A stretch of DNA of 63,447 bases, counting the filler, from Octopus bimaculoides (taxonomy: Eukaryota): assembly GCF_001194135.2 (NCBI RefSeq). It is 7 parts of 6 records of this genome, joined end to end, with 100 filler letters (N's around TTAATTAATTAA, not from the genome) between each part and the next. Parts side by side here need not be neighbours in the genome. Positions count along the whole stretch, not along the records: positions 10,331 to 24,937 come from NC_068982.1; 6 more parts are not named here. One strand, 5' to 3'. The position numbers were made by a program, and so were the translations under genes. Numbering within the stretch: the stretch's first letter is position 1; every line of letters begins with the position of its first letter. Shown here piece by piece: positions 10,640 to 20,934 of the stretch. The notes under the pieces were generated by a model. That model was not told where the DNA came from. It did not search any database and saw only the letters and a program-made list of their open reading frames with translations.

Positions 10640-11230
10640 GTACTACATAGCAACACGAATGATGCAACTGTATATGAGATAGCAACACTATAGTCTTGTA
10701 TCACATAGCAACATTATAGTGCTACAGCTAAGTACACAATAGCAACACTATGGTATTGTTGCTGTGTACTAGTTAGCAACATTGGAGCTACAGTTAAGTA
10801 CATGATAGCAACACTACAGCATTTTTGCTGTGTGCTGGTTAGCAACACTGGAGCTGCAGTTAAGTACACGATAGCAACACTATAGTATTGTTGCTGTGTA
10901 CTAGTTAGCAACACTGGAACTACAGTTAAGTACATGATAGCAACACTACAGTATTGTTGCTGTGTACTAGTTAGCAACACTGGAGCTGTAGTATAGCACT
11001 GTTGCTATGTACAAAATAGCAACATAACTGTGCTGCAGCTATGTACATGATGTGGATAGTATAGTACAATTGCTATGCATATGATGACCCCCCCCCCTGA
11101 TAGTGTGGCTGTCTTGCGTCAGATAGCAACACTATAGTACTGTTGCCATTTATGCAATAGCAACTCTATAGTACAACAGCAGTGTACGAAATAGCAACAT
11201 TGCAGTACTTGAACCATATTCTACAATGCT
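10640..11230. repeat. 66-bp minisatellite made of 34+32-bp subunits, decaying at the edges
   Basis: Units start at 10741, 10807, 10873 and 10939: agcaacacta(t/c)agtattgttgctgtgtactagtt + agcaacactggagctacagttaagtacatgat. Confidence 0.9.
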
Positions 11231-11417
11231 GGTACTCTGTAGTGCCAAATGCCAAAACTCATTTACAATGGTTGGTTGTTTATTTATAAGTGCGTGTGAG
11301 ATGAAAGTACTTCAAGACTATCAGCGCCATTAGAAATTAGTTAGAAGACAGTTTGCAGTCAGTGTTCCACCACTGAATCTCTGTTATTTGATTCCTTCTA
11401 TTTATTACACAGCTAGA

Positions 11418-11499
11418 ATGATGGCCACTGAAGGCACAGCTGAAGAAATTGAGATTGAATTACGTTCACCTGATGAGAAACCCGTTTCACAAACTGCAC
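11418..11499 (+). CDS. Candidate first coding exon of the TM/SPFH-like gene (MMATEGTAEEIEIELRSPDEKPVSQTA+C)
   Basis: Pyrimidine-rich acceptor ...ttccttctatttattacacAG (11411-11412), ATG at 11418, non-repetitive sequence, and donor C|GTAACT at 11500. It ends in phase 1, matching the phase-1 start of the exon at 23037. The link is inferred. Confidence 0.5.
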
Positions 11500-11739
11500 G
11501 TAACTACCAAGTTTTTTCCTTTATGTTTCAAATTCTATCATTTCCTCATTTCAAACTTCACAGCATCACTCCTCCCGACTCCTCGTTATATTTATATCTG
11601 AGGTTTTTTAATAGCTTCCACAGTGTTCATAAGTTATGAAAATATTAGATGAAACACGCCTTAATTATTGGAAACTCTCCAAAGGTAGTGTCACTTTAAC
11701 CTAAGCTATTTAGGAAAGGGAGTGTAATAACTTATGTAA

Positions 11740-13600
11740 CCTCACTGTACATATGGGTGTATATAAATTCACTGTACATATGGGTGTATATAATTTCACT
11801 GTACAAGTGGGTATATATAATCTCATTGTATAACTGGCTATATATCATTTCACAGTACAAGTGGGTATATATAATCTCATTGTATAACTGGCTATATATG
11901 ATTTCACTGTACAAGTGGGTATATATAATCTCATTGTATAACTGGCTATATATGATTTCACTGTACAAGTGGGTATATATAATCTCATTGTATAACTGGC
12001 TATATATGATCTCACTGTACAAGTGGGTATATATAATCTCATTGTATAACTGGCNNNNNNNNNNNNNNNNNNNNNNNNNNNNNNNNNNNNNNNNNNNNNN
12101 NNNNNNNNNNNNNNNNNNNNNNNNNNNNNNNNNNNNNNNNNNNNNNNNNNNNNNNNNNNNNNNNNNNNNNNNNNNNNNNNNNNNNNNNNNNNNNNNNNNN
12201 NNNNNNNNNNNNNNNNNNNNNNNNNNNNNNNNNNNNNNNNNNNNNNNNNNNNNNNNNNNNNNNNNNNNNNNNNNNNNNNNNNNNNNNNNNNNNNNNNNNN
12301 NNNNNNNNNNNNNNNNNNNNNNNNNNNNNNNNNNNNNNNNNNNNNNNNNNNNNNNNNNNNNNNNNNNNNNNNNNNNNNNNNNNNNNNNNNNNNNNNNNNN
12401 NNNNNNNNNNNNNNNNNNNNNNNNNNNNNNNNNNNNNNNNNNNNNNNNNNNNNNNNNNNNNNNNNNNNNNNNNNNNNNNNNNNNNNNNNNNNNNNNNNNN
12501 NNNNNNNNNNNNNNNNNNNNNNNNNNNNNNNNNNNNNNNNNNNNNNNNNNNNNNNNNNNNNNNNNNNNNNNNNNNNNNNNNNNNNNNNNNNNNNNNNNNN
12601 NNNNNNNNNNNNNNNNNNNNNNNNNNNNNNNNNNNNNNNNNNNNNNNNNNNNNNNNNNNNNNNNNNNNNNNNNNNNNNNNNNNNNNNNNNNNNNNNNNNN
12701 NNNNNNNNNNNNNNNNNNNNNNNNNNNNNNNNNNNNNNNNNNNNNNNNNNNNNNNNNNNNNNNNNNNNNNNNNNNNNNNNNNNNNNNNNNNNNNNNNNNN
12801 NNNNNNNNNNNNNNNNNNNNNNNNNNNNNNNNNNNNNNNNNNNNNNNNNNNNNNNNNNNNNNNNNNNNNNNNNNNNNNNNNNNNNNNNNNNNNNNNNNNN
12901 NNNNNNNNNNNNNNNNNNNNNNNNNNNNNNNNNNNNNNNNNNNNNNNNNNNNNNNNNNNNNNNNNNNNNNNNNNNNNNNNNNNNNNNNNNNNNNNNNNNN
13001 NNNNNNNNNNNNNNNAGTACAAGTGGGTATATATAATCTCATTGTATAACTGGCTATATATGATTTCACTGTACAAGTGGGTATATATAATCTCATTGTA
13101 TAACTGGCTATATATGATTTCACTGTACAAGTGGGTATATATAATCTCATTGTATAACTGGCTATATATGATCTCACTGTACAAGTGGGTATATATAATC
13201 TCATTGTATAACTGGCTATATATGATTTCACTGTACAAGTCGGTATATATAATCTCATTGTATAACTGGCTATATATAACCTCACTATACAAGTAGGTAT
13301 ATATAATTTCATTGTATAACTGGGTATATATAAGCCCAGTGTACAAGTGGTTGTATATGGTATAACCTCACTGTATAACTGGGTGTATACACACCTCTGT
13401 ATACACAACTGTATATGGATGTATATACCCATACTGTACAATTGGGTGTATATACCATTTCTGTATACCTGGCTGAATATAATCCCTGCTGTACAATTGG
13501 GTATATATACCCTTTCGGTACACATGACTGTATATGACCTTTCTGTTCATATGACAGAGTATCACTGAACTGGGTGTATATAACCTCTTATATAACAGGG
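11740..13600. repeat. 54-bp higher-order minisatellite (dimer of two 27-bp monomers), spanning a gap
   Basis: cactgtacaagtgggtatatataatct + cattgtataactggctatatatgattt repeats on both sides of the 12055-13015 gap. Diverged ~27-bp monomers lie at both edges. Confidence 0.95.
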
Positions 13601-14795
13601 TGTGGGGTGTATAAGTATATCTTCTGTGTGACTGTTTCTCATAATATTTTTTGATCGATTAATTATAATTAAAGCTGTTAACGAAATATCTTTGTCATGA
13701 TAACATTGGTTTTGAATTTTGGCGCAAGGCCTTAAAAATTGGGGGAAGGGGCTAGTTGATTACATCAGCCTCAATACATGACTGGTACTTATTTCATCAA
13801 ACCCCCCATCCCACTCCAAAAAAATGGAAGGGAAGGATAGCTCTAAGTGGCATTTTAGAACATAAAGTTGGGAGAATAACTGCAGAGCTTCGGGTCCAGT
13901 GTGCTCACAATTCTGCCTGTTCGCTGCCTTTTATGATGGTAACATATTAAAGTCACTGCCACCAATGCATCATCATCATCATAGCTGTCATCTTTTTTTT
14001 ATTTCTATAACATCACCACCATCACCACCACCACCATCATCGCCATCATCATCATCATGACTTACACAGCTCTCAGCAGTCGTTCATTGACACCATTTAG
14101 TTTTCATAGCAATCACAATACCCCCNNNNNNNNNNNNNNNNNNNNNNNNNNNNNNNNNNNNNNNNNNNNNNNNNNNNNNNNNNNNNNNNNNNNNNNNNNN
14201 NNNNNNNNNNNNNNNNNNNNNNNNNNNNNNNNNNNNNNNNNNNNNNNNNNNNNNNNNNNNNNNNNNNNNNNNNNNNNNNNNNNNNNNNNNNNNNNNNNNN
14301 NNNNNNNNNNNNNNNNNNNNNNNNNNNNNNNNNNNNNNNNNNNNNNNNNNNNNNNNNNNNNNNNNNNNNNNNNNNNNNNNNNNNNNNNNNNNNNNNNNNN
14401 NNNNNNNNNNNNNNNNNNNNNNNNNNNNNNNNNNNNNNNNNNNNNNNNNNNNNNNNNNNNNNNNNNNNNNNNNNNNNNNNNNNNNNNNNNNNNNNNNNNN
14501 NNNNNNNNNNNNNNNNNNNNNNNNNNNNNNNNNNNNNNNNNNNNNNNNNNNNNNNNNNNNNNNNNNNNNNNNNNNNNNNNNNNNNNNNNNNNNNNNNNNN
14601 NNNNNNNNNNNNNNNNNNNNNNNNNNNNNNNNNNNNNNNNNNNNNNNNNNNNTCTTCCTCATTTCCCGCCCCTTTCCCTCCCTCCCCCCTCATTCTTTCC
14701 AGCCCTGGCTCTTAGCTTTTATGGCTTAATCTAACTTACCATTCCATTATCATCTTACGTTCCCTCTGGCTGGGACCTTTGCTTTCTCCACAAAC

Positions 14796-15220
14796 AGGTA
14801 CAGGTATGGCTGTGTGGTAAGAAGCTTGCTTCCCAACCACATGGTTCTGGGTTCAGTCCCACTGTGTGGCACCTTGGGCAAGTGTCTTTGGTCAGTGTCT
14901 CGGACTGACCAAAGCCTTGTAAATAGATTTAGTAGACAGAAATTAAAAGCTTGTCATGTGTACACACACACACAATATTATATATATATATATCTATGTG
15001 TGTGTCTTTGTGTCTTTATTCCCTCATCACTGCTTGACAACCAGTGTTGGTTTGGTTACATCCCCATAACTTAACAGTTCAGTAAAAGAGACTGATATAA
15101 TAAGTACTATGCTTAAAAAAAAAAGGTACTAAGGTTGATTCTTTCAGATAAAAATTTTTCAAGGCAGTGCCCCAGCATGGCCGCAGTCTAATGACTGAAA
15201 CAAGTAAGGGAAAGACAAAA
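14796..15220 (+). mobile_element. tRNA-derived SINE, family B (internal TA/TG microsatellite)
   Basis: ggctgtgtggtaagaagcttgcttcccaaccacatggttctgggttcagtccc (A/B-box-like) ... taagtact ... ccagcatggccgcagtctaatgactgaaacaagtaa; many copies. Confidence 0.85.
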
Positions 15221-15361
15221 GATAGAGTACCTGTCCTCTGGTTGTTGCCAGTTGGTTGTCTCTTAGAAACTTCTGGTTTTCATTCGGGACATTCATGTCA
15301 CCTTAGTGCTACTTCACTGGGTCTATTTCTAGCCGAGGGATCTTCTCCCTTTTAATTTTGA

Positions 15362-15735
15362 GGGACAGGCGTGGCTGTGTGGTTGCTTCCCTACCACAGG
15401 GTCCCAAGTTCAATCCCACTGCATGGCACTTTGGGCAAGTGTCTTCTGCTATAGCCCCAGGTCGACCAAAGCTTTCTGAGTAGACTTGGTAATTGGAAAC
15501 TGAAAGAAAACTATTGTATGTGTGTGTATTTGTATCTCCTCTTTTCATCATATAATAGTTGTAAATGAGTGTCACTGTTATACAAGCAGTGTCGTTCATT
15601 TCCAATATCATTTGGAAATATGCCTGGAAACAGGTAAAGGTTAGTGACAAGAAGAGCATCCAGCCACAGAAAATCTACCCGAATGACCCAGCTGACCCAT
15701 GCAAGCATGGAAAAGTGGGTGTTTAAATGATAATG
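15362..15735 (+). mobile_element. Hybrid SINE: family B head with a family C-like (GAT)n tail
   Basis: A B-type head (ggctgtgtgg...ggttcaatcccactgcatggcac) is followed by gtcactgttatacaagcagtgtcgttcatttccaatat...gacccatgcaagcatggaaaagtgggtgtttaaatgataatgac. A related copy is at 63025-63310 (-). Confidence 0.65.
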
Positions 15736-15789
15736 ACATTCCTTTCCTAGATTTCTTGTACCTCTAACTCTAATCCCTATGATCTCTAA

Positions 15790-16240
15790 TCTGTTTTGTG
15801 TCGTACATATTCGAGTGAGACTAAATTTTACCATCCAAAACTCTCCATTTACCATATTTCTTTGCGAGTATAAAAGATATCAGACTTGTGTTTTCACCTT
15901 ATTAGTAAATGATCAGTTTCCTGAAGTTAGAGTTGCAAATTGTTGGGTCATTTGCAGAGAAGAGTTGCAAAAGTCTCCAACTGTCCTCATTCCTTGTACC
16001 ATATCCACAGCAATCATGCTCTTTGCAGTAACCATCATAAAGTTGCTCAATGTATTCATTAAAGTACCCTGCTATAATAACAAGGCCATTAGCATTTACT
16101 ATTACAGTACCCTGTAAGAACACCTCACAGAAACTGACATTCATTATCAGGTTATCCTGCAACAGAACTTCATAGCGTTACGAGAATTCTCATCCAAAAT
16201 GGTAAAATGGAAGCAATTACCAGCATTTTTAAGTGAACGA
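15790..16240 (-). mobile_element. RTE-clade LINE, AP-endonuclease fragment
   Basis: LVIIAGYFNEYI..GYGTRNEDSWRLLQLFSANDPTICNSNFRK and CTTQNRL match the endonuclease motifs GDFN, GxRNxxGxRLL and CNTxFRK. Confidence 0.8.
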
Positions 16241-16544
16241 CTTGAAAATTGCAGCAATGTCCATTTTCCATGTTGTAATGAGTTGAATGGTTCGAGAGGG
16301 GGTGGCAAGGCCAAGGGTGTTGCCAGGCTCCGTAGTCTGTTTTGGGATGGTTTCTATGGCTGGATGCTCTTCCTAATGCCAACCATTTTATTGAGTGTAT
16401 TGAGTGTTTTCTAGCATGGCACCAGTGCTGACAGGGACATCAAGTAACTTGCAAGATGAACATCCCTCGACTAGGAAGAGGGAGTGATAGGGGAAGGTGG
16501 TAGTGGCTTGTAGAGAAGATGGTGGTGACTATATACATATCATC

Positions 16545-16795
16545 ATCATCATCATCATTTAACGTCCGCTTCCCATGCTAGCATGGGTTGGACGATTTGA
16601 CAGGTGCCAGACTGGCGAACCAGGTGGCTATGCCACACTCCAATCTGATCTGGCAGAGTTTCTACAGCTGGATGACCTTCCTAGCGCCAGCCACTTCGAG
16701 AGTGTTGTGGGTGCTTTTAGGTGCCACCGACACGAGGGCCATTCTGGCGGTACTGGCAATGGCCACGCTCAAAATGGTGTTTTTTACGTGCCACC
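16545..16795 (-). mobile_element. SINE-like repeat, family C
   Basis: catcatcatttaacgtccgcttcccatgctagcatgggttggacg...; same as the other C copies. Confidence 0.8.
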
Positions 16796-16839
16796 TGTCC
16801 ATTTTGATAAGAATATGTTGATTTGGGGCACTGTCTTGA

Positions 16840-17180
16840 AGAATTCTTAGTCAAAAGATTTAAACCCCAGGACTTATTTTTTTAAAAACCTGGTACTTAT
16901 TCTATCAATCTCTTTTGTTGAATCGCTAATGTTACGGGGATGTAAACATACCAACACTGGTTGTCAAGCGCTGGTGAGGACAAACAGACACAAACTCACA
17001 CACTCACACACACACACATTTAGGACAAGCTTCTTTCAGTTTCTGATTACCAAATCCACTCACAATGCTTTGGTCAGCCCAAGGCTATAGTAGAAGACAC
17101 TTCCCAATGTGTCACACAGTGGGACTGAACCTGGAACCATGTGGTTGGGAAGTCAGCTTTTTACCACACACCCGCACCTG
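16840..17180 (-). mobile_element. tRNA-derived SINE, family B
   Basis: Reverse complement of the B body and head (...cacagtgggactgaacctggaaccatgtggttgggaagtcagctttttaccacaca). Confidence 0.8.
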
Positions 17181-17415
17181 TACAGATGTAAGGTCAATCT
17201 TCATCAACAGAAGACCCTCATGACCGTATCCTTATTCCATTTATGTGTTTATCAGTCTACAGCAGGGTTTGGCAAACTTCTTGTATCACTGACCATTTCA
17301 TAGAATATTTGATAATTTATCAGTCCTCAACGTGTAAATTTCTAAAACGGAATTAAAATGTATTATTAAATAAAAAAAAATTGCTTGATTTACAAACAAT
17401 AATTCTTTTCAAGTA

Positions 17416-17700
17416 TTGGGCCTCATGGAGGCATGGCTGAGTTCCTTTGGAGTGCTGGCCCTCGTGGAGGCAAAGTGGCTGAGTTCCTTTGGAGTGATGG
17501 GCCTCATGGAGGCAAAGTGGCTGAGTTTCTTTGGAGTGTTAGGCCTCATGGAGGCAAAGTGGCTGAGTTTCTTTGGAGTGTTAGGCCTCATGGAGGCAAA
17601 GTGGCTGAGTTTCTTTGGAGTGTTGGGCCTCATGGAGGCAAAGACCAAGACCTTTGGCATTATGTTGTGCTTAAGAAGAAGACCCATCAAGCCAAGTAAA
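17416..17700 (+). repeat. 42-bp minisatellite (~5.5 copies) running into an RTE/SINE-type 3' segment
   Basis: Unit ttaggcctcatggaggcaaagtggctgagtttctttggagtg. The last unit continues gaccaagacctttggcattatg..., which resembles the RTE end ttgggtctcaccgaggcgatgactacggaccgagacctttgg at 19262-19305 (-). Confidence 0.85.
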
Positions 17701-18145
17701 ACTGAAGTAGTGGCAGATACCAGTGTCACTTAAATTGGCACCTGTGTTGGTGGTATGTAAACACACCCTGGTGTCATGCAAATGGCACCCGTGCCATTAG
17801 TACATAAAAGAACCCATTACACTCTCAGTGTAGGTGGCATTAGGAAGAGCATCAAACCATAGAAAATGCTGCCAAATTAGATTGGAGTCTGGTGCAGCCT
17901 TCCAGTGTGCCAGCCCTGGTCAAACTGTCCAACCCATGCCAGCATGGACAACAGACATTAAACAATGATGATGGCGATGATGATGAACTCCCTCATTTCT
18001 TTGTGTCATTGCTGTTTTTCAATAAGAAATATTTAAAGAAATTTCATGAAAATATTTAATGAAATTTATAAAGGACCATAAAAATTCAGTCATGTTGCAT
18101 TTATATATTCGGAATATTTGACATGAAATTGATATTTCAGGAGAC

Positions 18146-18352
18146 AAGCTGGCACAATTGTTAGCATGCTGGGTAAATATGCTTAGCTGCATCTCATCCA
18201 TCTTTATGCCCTGAGTTCAAATTCTGCTGAGGTCAGCTCTGACTTTCATCCTTTCAAGGTCATTAAAATAAGTACCAGTCATGTACTGGGATCAATGCAA
18301 TCGTATTATCCCTTCCCCAAAATTGCTGGCCATGTGCCAAAATTTCAAACCA
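18146..18352 (+). mobile_element. tRNA-derived SINE, family A (CpG-decayed copy)
   Basis: gctggcacaattgttagcatgctggg...ctgagttcaaattctgctgaggtc...tttcatcctttcaaggtc...aagtaccag. Confidence 0.8.
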
Positions 18353-18554
18353 GTATTTGGCTGGAAATCAGGGAGTTTTAGCCTTGAATTACTCGCATGC
18401 TTCCAGATTCAATTCACCAATAATTCAGCCCCTTTTATGCTCAGAATTGTTTTAGGGGTTTATTGACCCCTTTGCACAGCCTTGTAGATCCATTTCCTGA
18501 GGAAAGGTCAATACAGACTTAGTCTACAGTAATTCATTCAACAGATATACTACT

Positions 18555-18766
18555 CTTTTACTTGTTTCAGTCATTTGACTGCAGCCATGCTGGAGCACCG
18601 CCTTTAGTTGAGCAAATCGACCCCGGAACTTTTTCTTTGTAAGCCTAGTACTTATTCTATCGGTTCCTTTTGCCGAACCACTAGGTTATGGGGACGTAAA
18701 CACACCACCATCGCTTGTAAAGAGATGTTGGGGAGAACAAACACAGACACACAAACATATACACAT

Positions 18767-18812
<46 letters not shown>

Positions 18813-19730
18813 TCATCATCATNNNNNNNNNNNNNNNNNNNNNNNNNNNNNNNNNNNNNNNNNNNNNNNNNNNNNNNNNNNNNNNNNNNNNNNNNNNNNN
18901 NNNNNNNNNNNNNNNNNNNNNNNNNNNNNNNNNNNNNNNNNNNNNNNNNNNNNNNNNNNNNNNNNNNNNNNNNNNNNNNNNNNNNNNNNNNNNNNNNNNN
19001 NNNNNNNNNNNNNNNNNNNNNNNNNNNNNNNNNNNNNNNNNNNNNNNNNNNNNNNNNNNNNNNNNNNNNNNNNNNNNNNNNNNNNNNNNNNNNNNNNNNN
19101 NNNNNNNNNNNNNNNNNNNNNNNNNNNNNNNNNNNNNNNNNNNNNNNNNNNNNNNNNNNNNNNNNNNNNNNNNNNNNNNNNNNNNNNNNNNNNNNNNNNN
19201 NNNNNNNNNNNNNNNNNNNNNNNNNNNNNNNNNNNNNNNNNNNNNNNNNNNNNNNNNNNNTTTCCAAAGGTCTCGGTCCGTAGTCATCGCCTCGGTGAGA
19301 CCCAATGTACGAAGGTCTTGCCTCACCACCTCAGCCCAGGTCTTCCTGGGCCTACCTCTTCCACGGGTTCCCTCAACTGTTAGGGTGTGGCACTTTTTCA
19401 CGCAGCTATCCTCCTCCATTCTCACCACATGTCCATACCAGCGCAATCGTCTCTCTTGCACGCCACAACTGATGCTTCTAATGTTCAGCTTTTCTCTCAG
19501 GATACTTACACTCTGACGGGTATTCACATTGACATTACACATCCAACGGAGCATACTACACATATACATATATACAAATGTCTTCTTTCAATTTCCGTCT
19601 ACCAAATCCACTCACAAGGCTTTGGCCGGCCTGAGGCTATAGTAGAAGACACTTGTCTAAGGTGCCACACAGTGGGAATGAACCCGGAACCATGTGGTTG
19701 GTAAGCAAGCTACTTATCACGCAGTCACGG
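18555..19730 (-). mobile_element. Family B SINE split by an RTE 3' fragment and a gap
   Basis: The B 3' half is at 18555-18790 and the B head at 19560-19730, both on the minus strand. The RTE piece and a (CAT)n run lie in the central microsatellite. Confidence 0.7.
19261..19557 (-). mobile_element. RTE-clade LINE, 3' end of ORF
   Basis: SMLRWMCNV..ERRLRWYGHVVRM..VEGTRGRGRPRKTWAEVVRQDL..LGLTEAMTTDRDLWK is the typical RTE C-terminal block and is uninterrupted. Confidence 0.9.
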
Positions 19731-19797
19731 AAAAGTCAATCAGGAAGATGTGATGTGATTGGCTGACCCTTTTAGAAATAGTAGTCAGATCTTATTA

Positions 19798-19994
19798 TTA
19801 GGTTGGTGCATAATTATTGCGGCTGTTTTTCAATAAATTTTATTCAACAAAATATTTAAACAAAACACCAAGCAGTAATTGAGGTAGATGGTGAATATGC
19901 TCCGGAATAATCATTTAAAGATATTTTTGTTAAATGTTATTGTTCTTGTTGAATAAAATTTATTGAAAGCTACAATAATTAAGCACCAACCTGA
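19798..19994. mobile_element. 197-bp mariner-type MITE with Hsmar1-like TIRs and TA target duplication
   Basis: TA|TTAGGTTGGTGCATAATTATTG...CAATAATTAAGCACCAACCTGA|TA. Inner caataaattttattcaacaa / ttgttgaataaaatttattg is also inverted. Confidence 0.85.
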
Positions 19995-20292
19995 TAGAAT
20001 AAATGAATGCTTGACTATCTTATAAAAAGGAAAAAGGCATTTGTCAGTATCCGTGTAATATTCAGTGTACAATAAATGGAATGGTCAAACTAGGAAGACC
20101 TTTGATCATAAATCTCTTCAACCAAGGATGACCTGGGGCTAAACAACAACACAACAACAGTTGTAACCACAAGCTTGGGAACTAGGGATGCAGGGGGCAT
20201 GGTGGCGGTGAAAGCTCACCCCCTAAAACTTTTGTGGGGTAATCAAAATGCTTTGAACATCCTCCTGAAAAACTTCATTGTCAAAACAACCA

Positions 20293-20650
20293 ATCATCAT
20301 CATCGTTTAACGTCCGCTTTCCATGCTGGCATGGGTTGGATGATTTGACTAAGGACTGGTGAACTAGATGGCTACACCAGGCTCCAATCTGATTTGGCAG
20401 AGTTTATACAGCTGGATGCCCTTCCTAATGCCAACCACTCCGAGAGTGTAGTGGGTGCGTTTTACGTACCACCTGCACAAGGGCCAGTCAAGTGGTACTG
20501 GCAATGGCCACACTCAAATGGTGTTTTTTACTTGCCACTTGCACAGGAGTCAGCCCAATGTTTTGTTCACATGCCACCGGCACAAGTGCCAGTAAGGCGA
20601 ATCTGGAAACGATCGCGCTCAAATGGTGCTTTTTACATGCCACCGGCTTG
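20293..20650 (-). mobile_element. SINE-like repeat, family C, with internally repeated subunits
   Basis: catcatcatcgtttaacgtccgctttccatgctggcatggg... followed by repeated ctcaaatggtg..tttta..tgccac units. Confidence 0.8.
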
Positions 20651-20934
20651 AAAGCAAGATCACTGCCAGAGCAGTGGTCTCTGGCAGTGATCTTGCTCGG
20701 ATGGTGTTGTTAGCGCTTGATTTGAGGAATTACTTTACCATTATTGTTTTTATCAGATTTCATTGATGTACAAACATAATGATAATAATTATTATTATTT
20801 TACCTGTGTTTAGGTGTTTATTGATCCCTTGCATAGCGAAATGCTTAATGTTATTTCATCTGCTGCTGCGTTCTAAGTTCAAATTCTGTTGAGGTCGACT
20901 TTGCTTTCATCCTTTCAGGGTCGATAAATTAATT

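Noticed and set aside
11470-11495. CTGATGA-GAAAC-cc-GTTTC as a hammerhead core
   Set aside because: It is followed by ACAAA, not GAAA, and is better explained as codons of the candidate exon.
17416-17645. 42-bp and 66-bp arrays as CRISPR-like repeats
   Set aside because: The units are contiguous with no unique spacers, there are no cas genes, and the context is eukaryotic.
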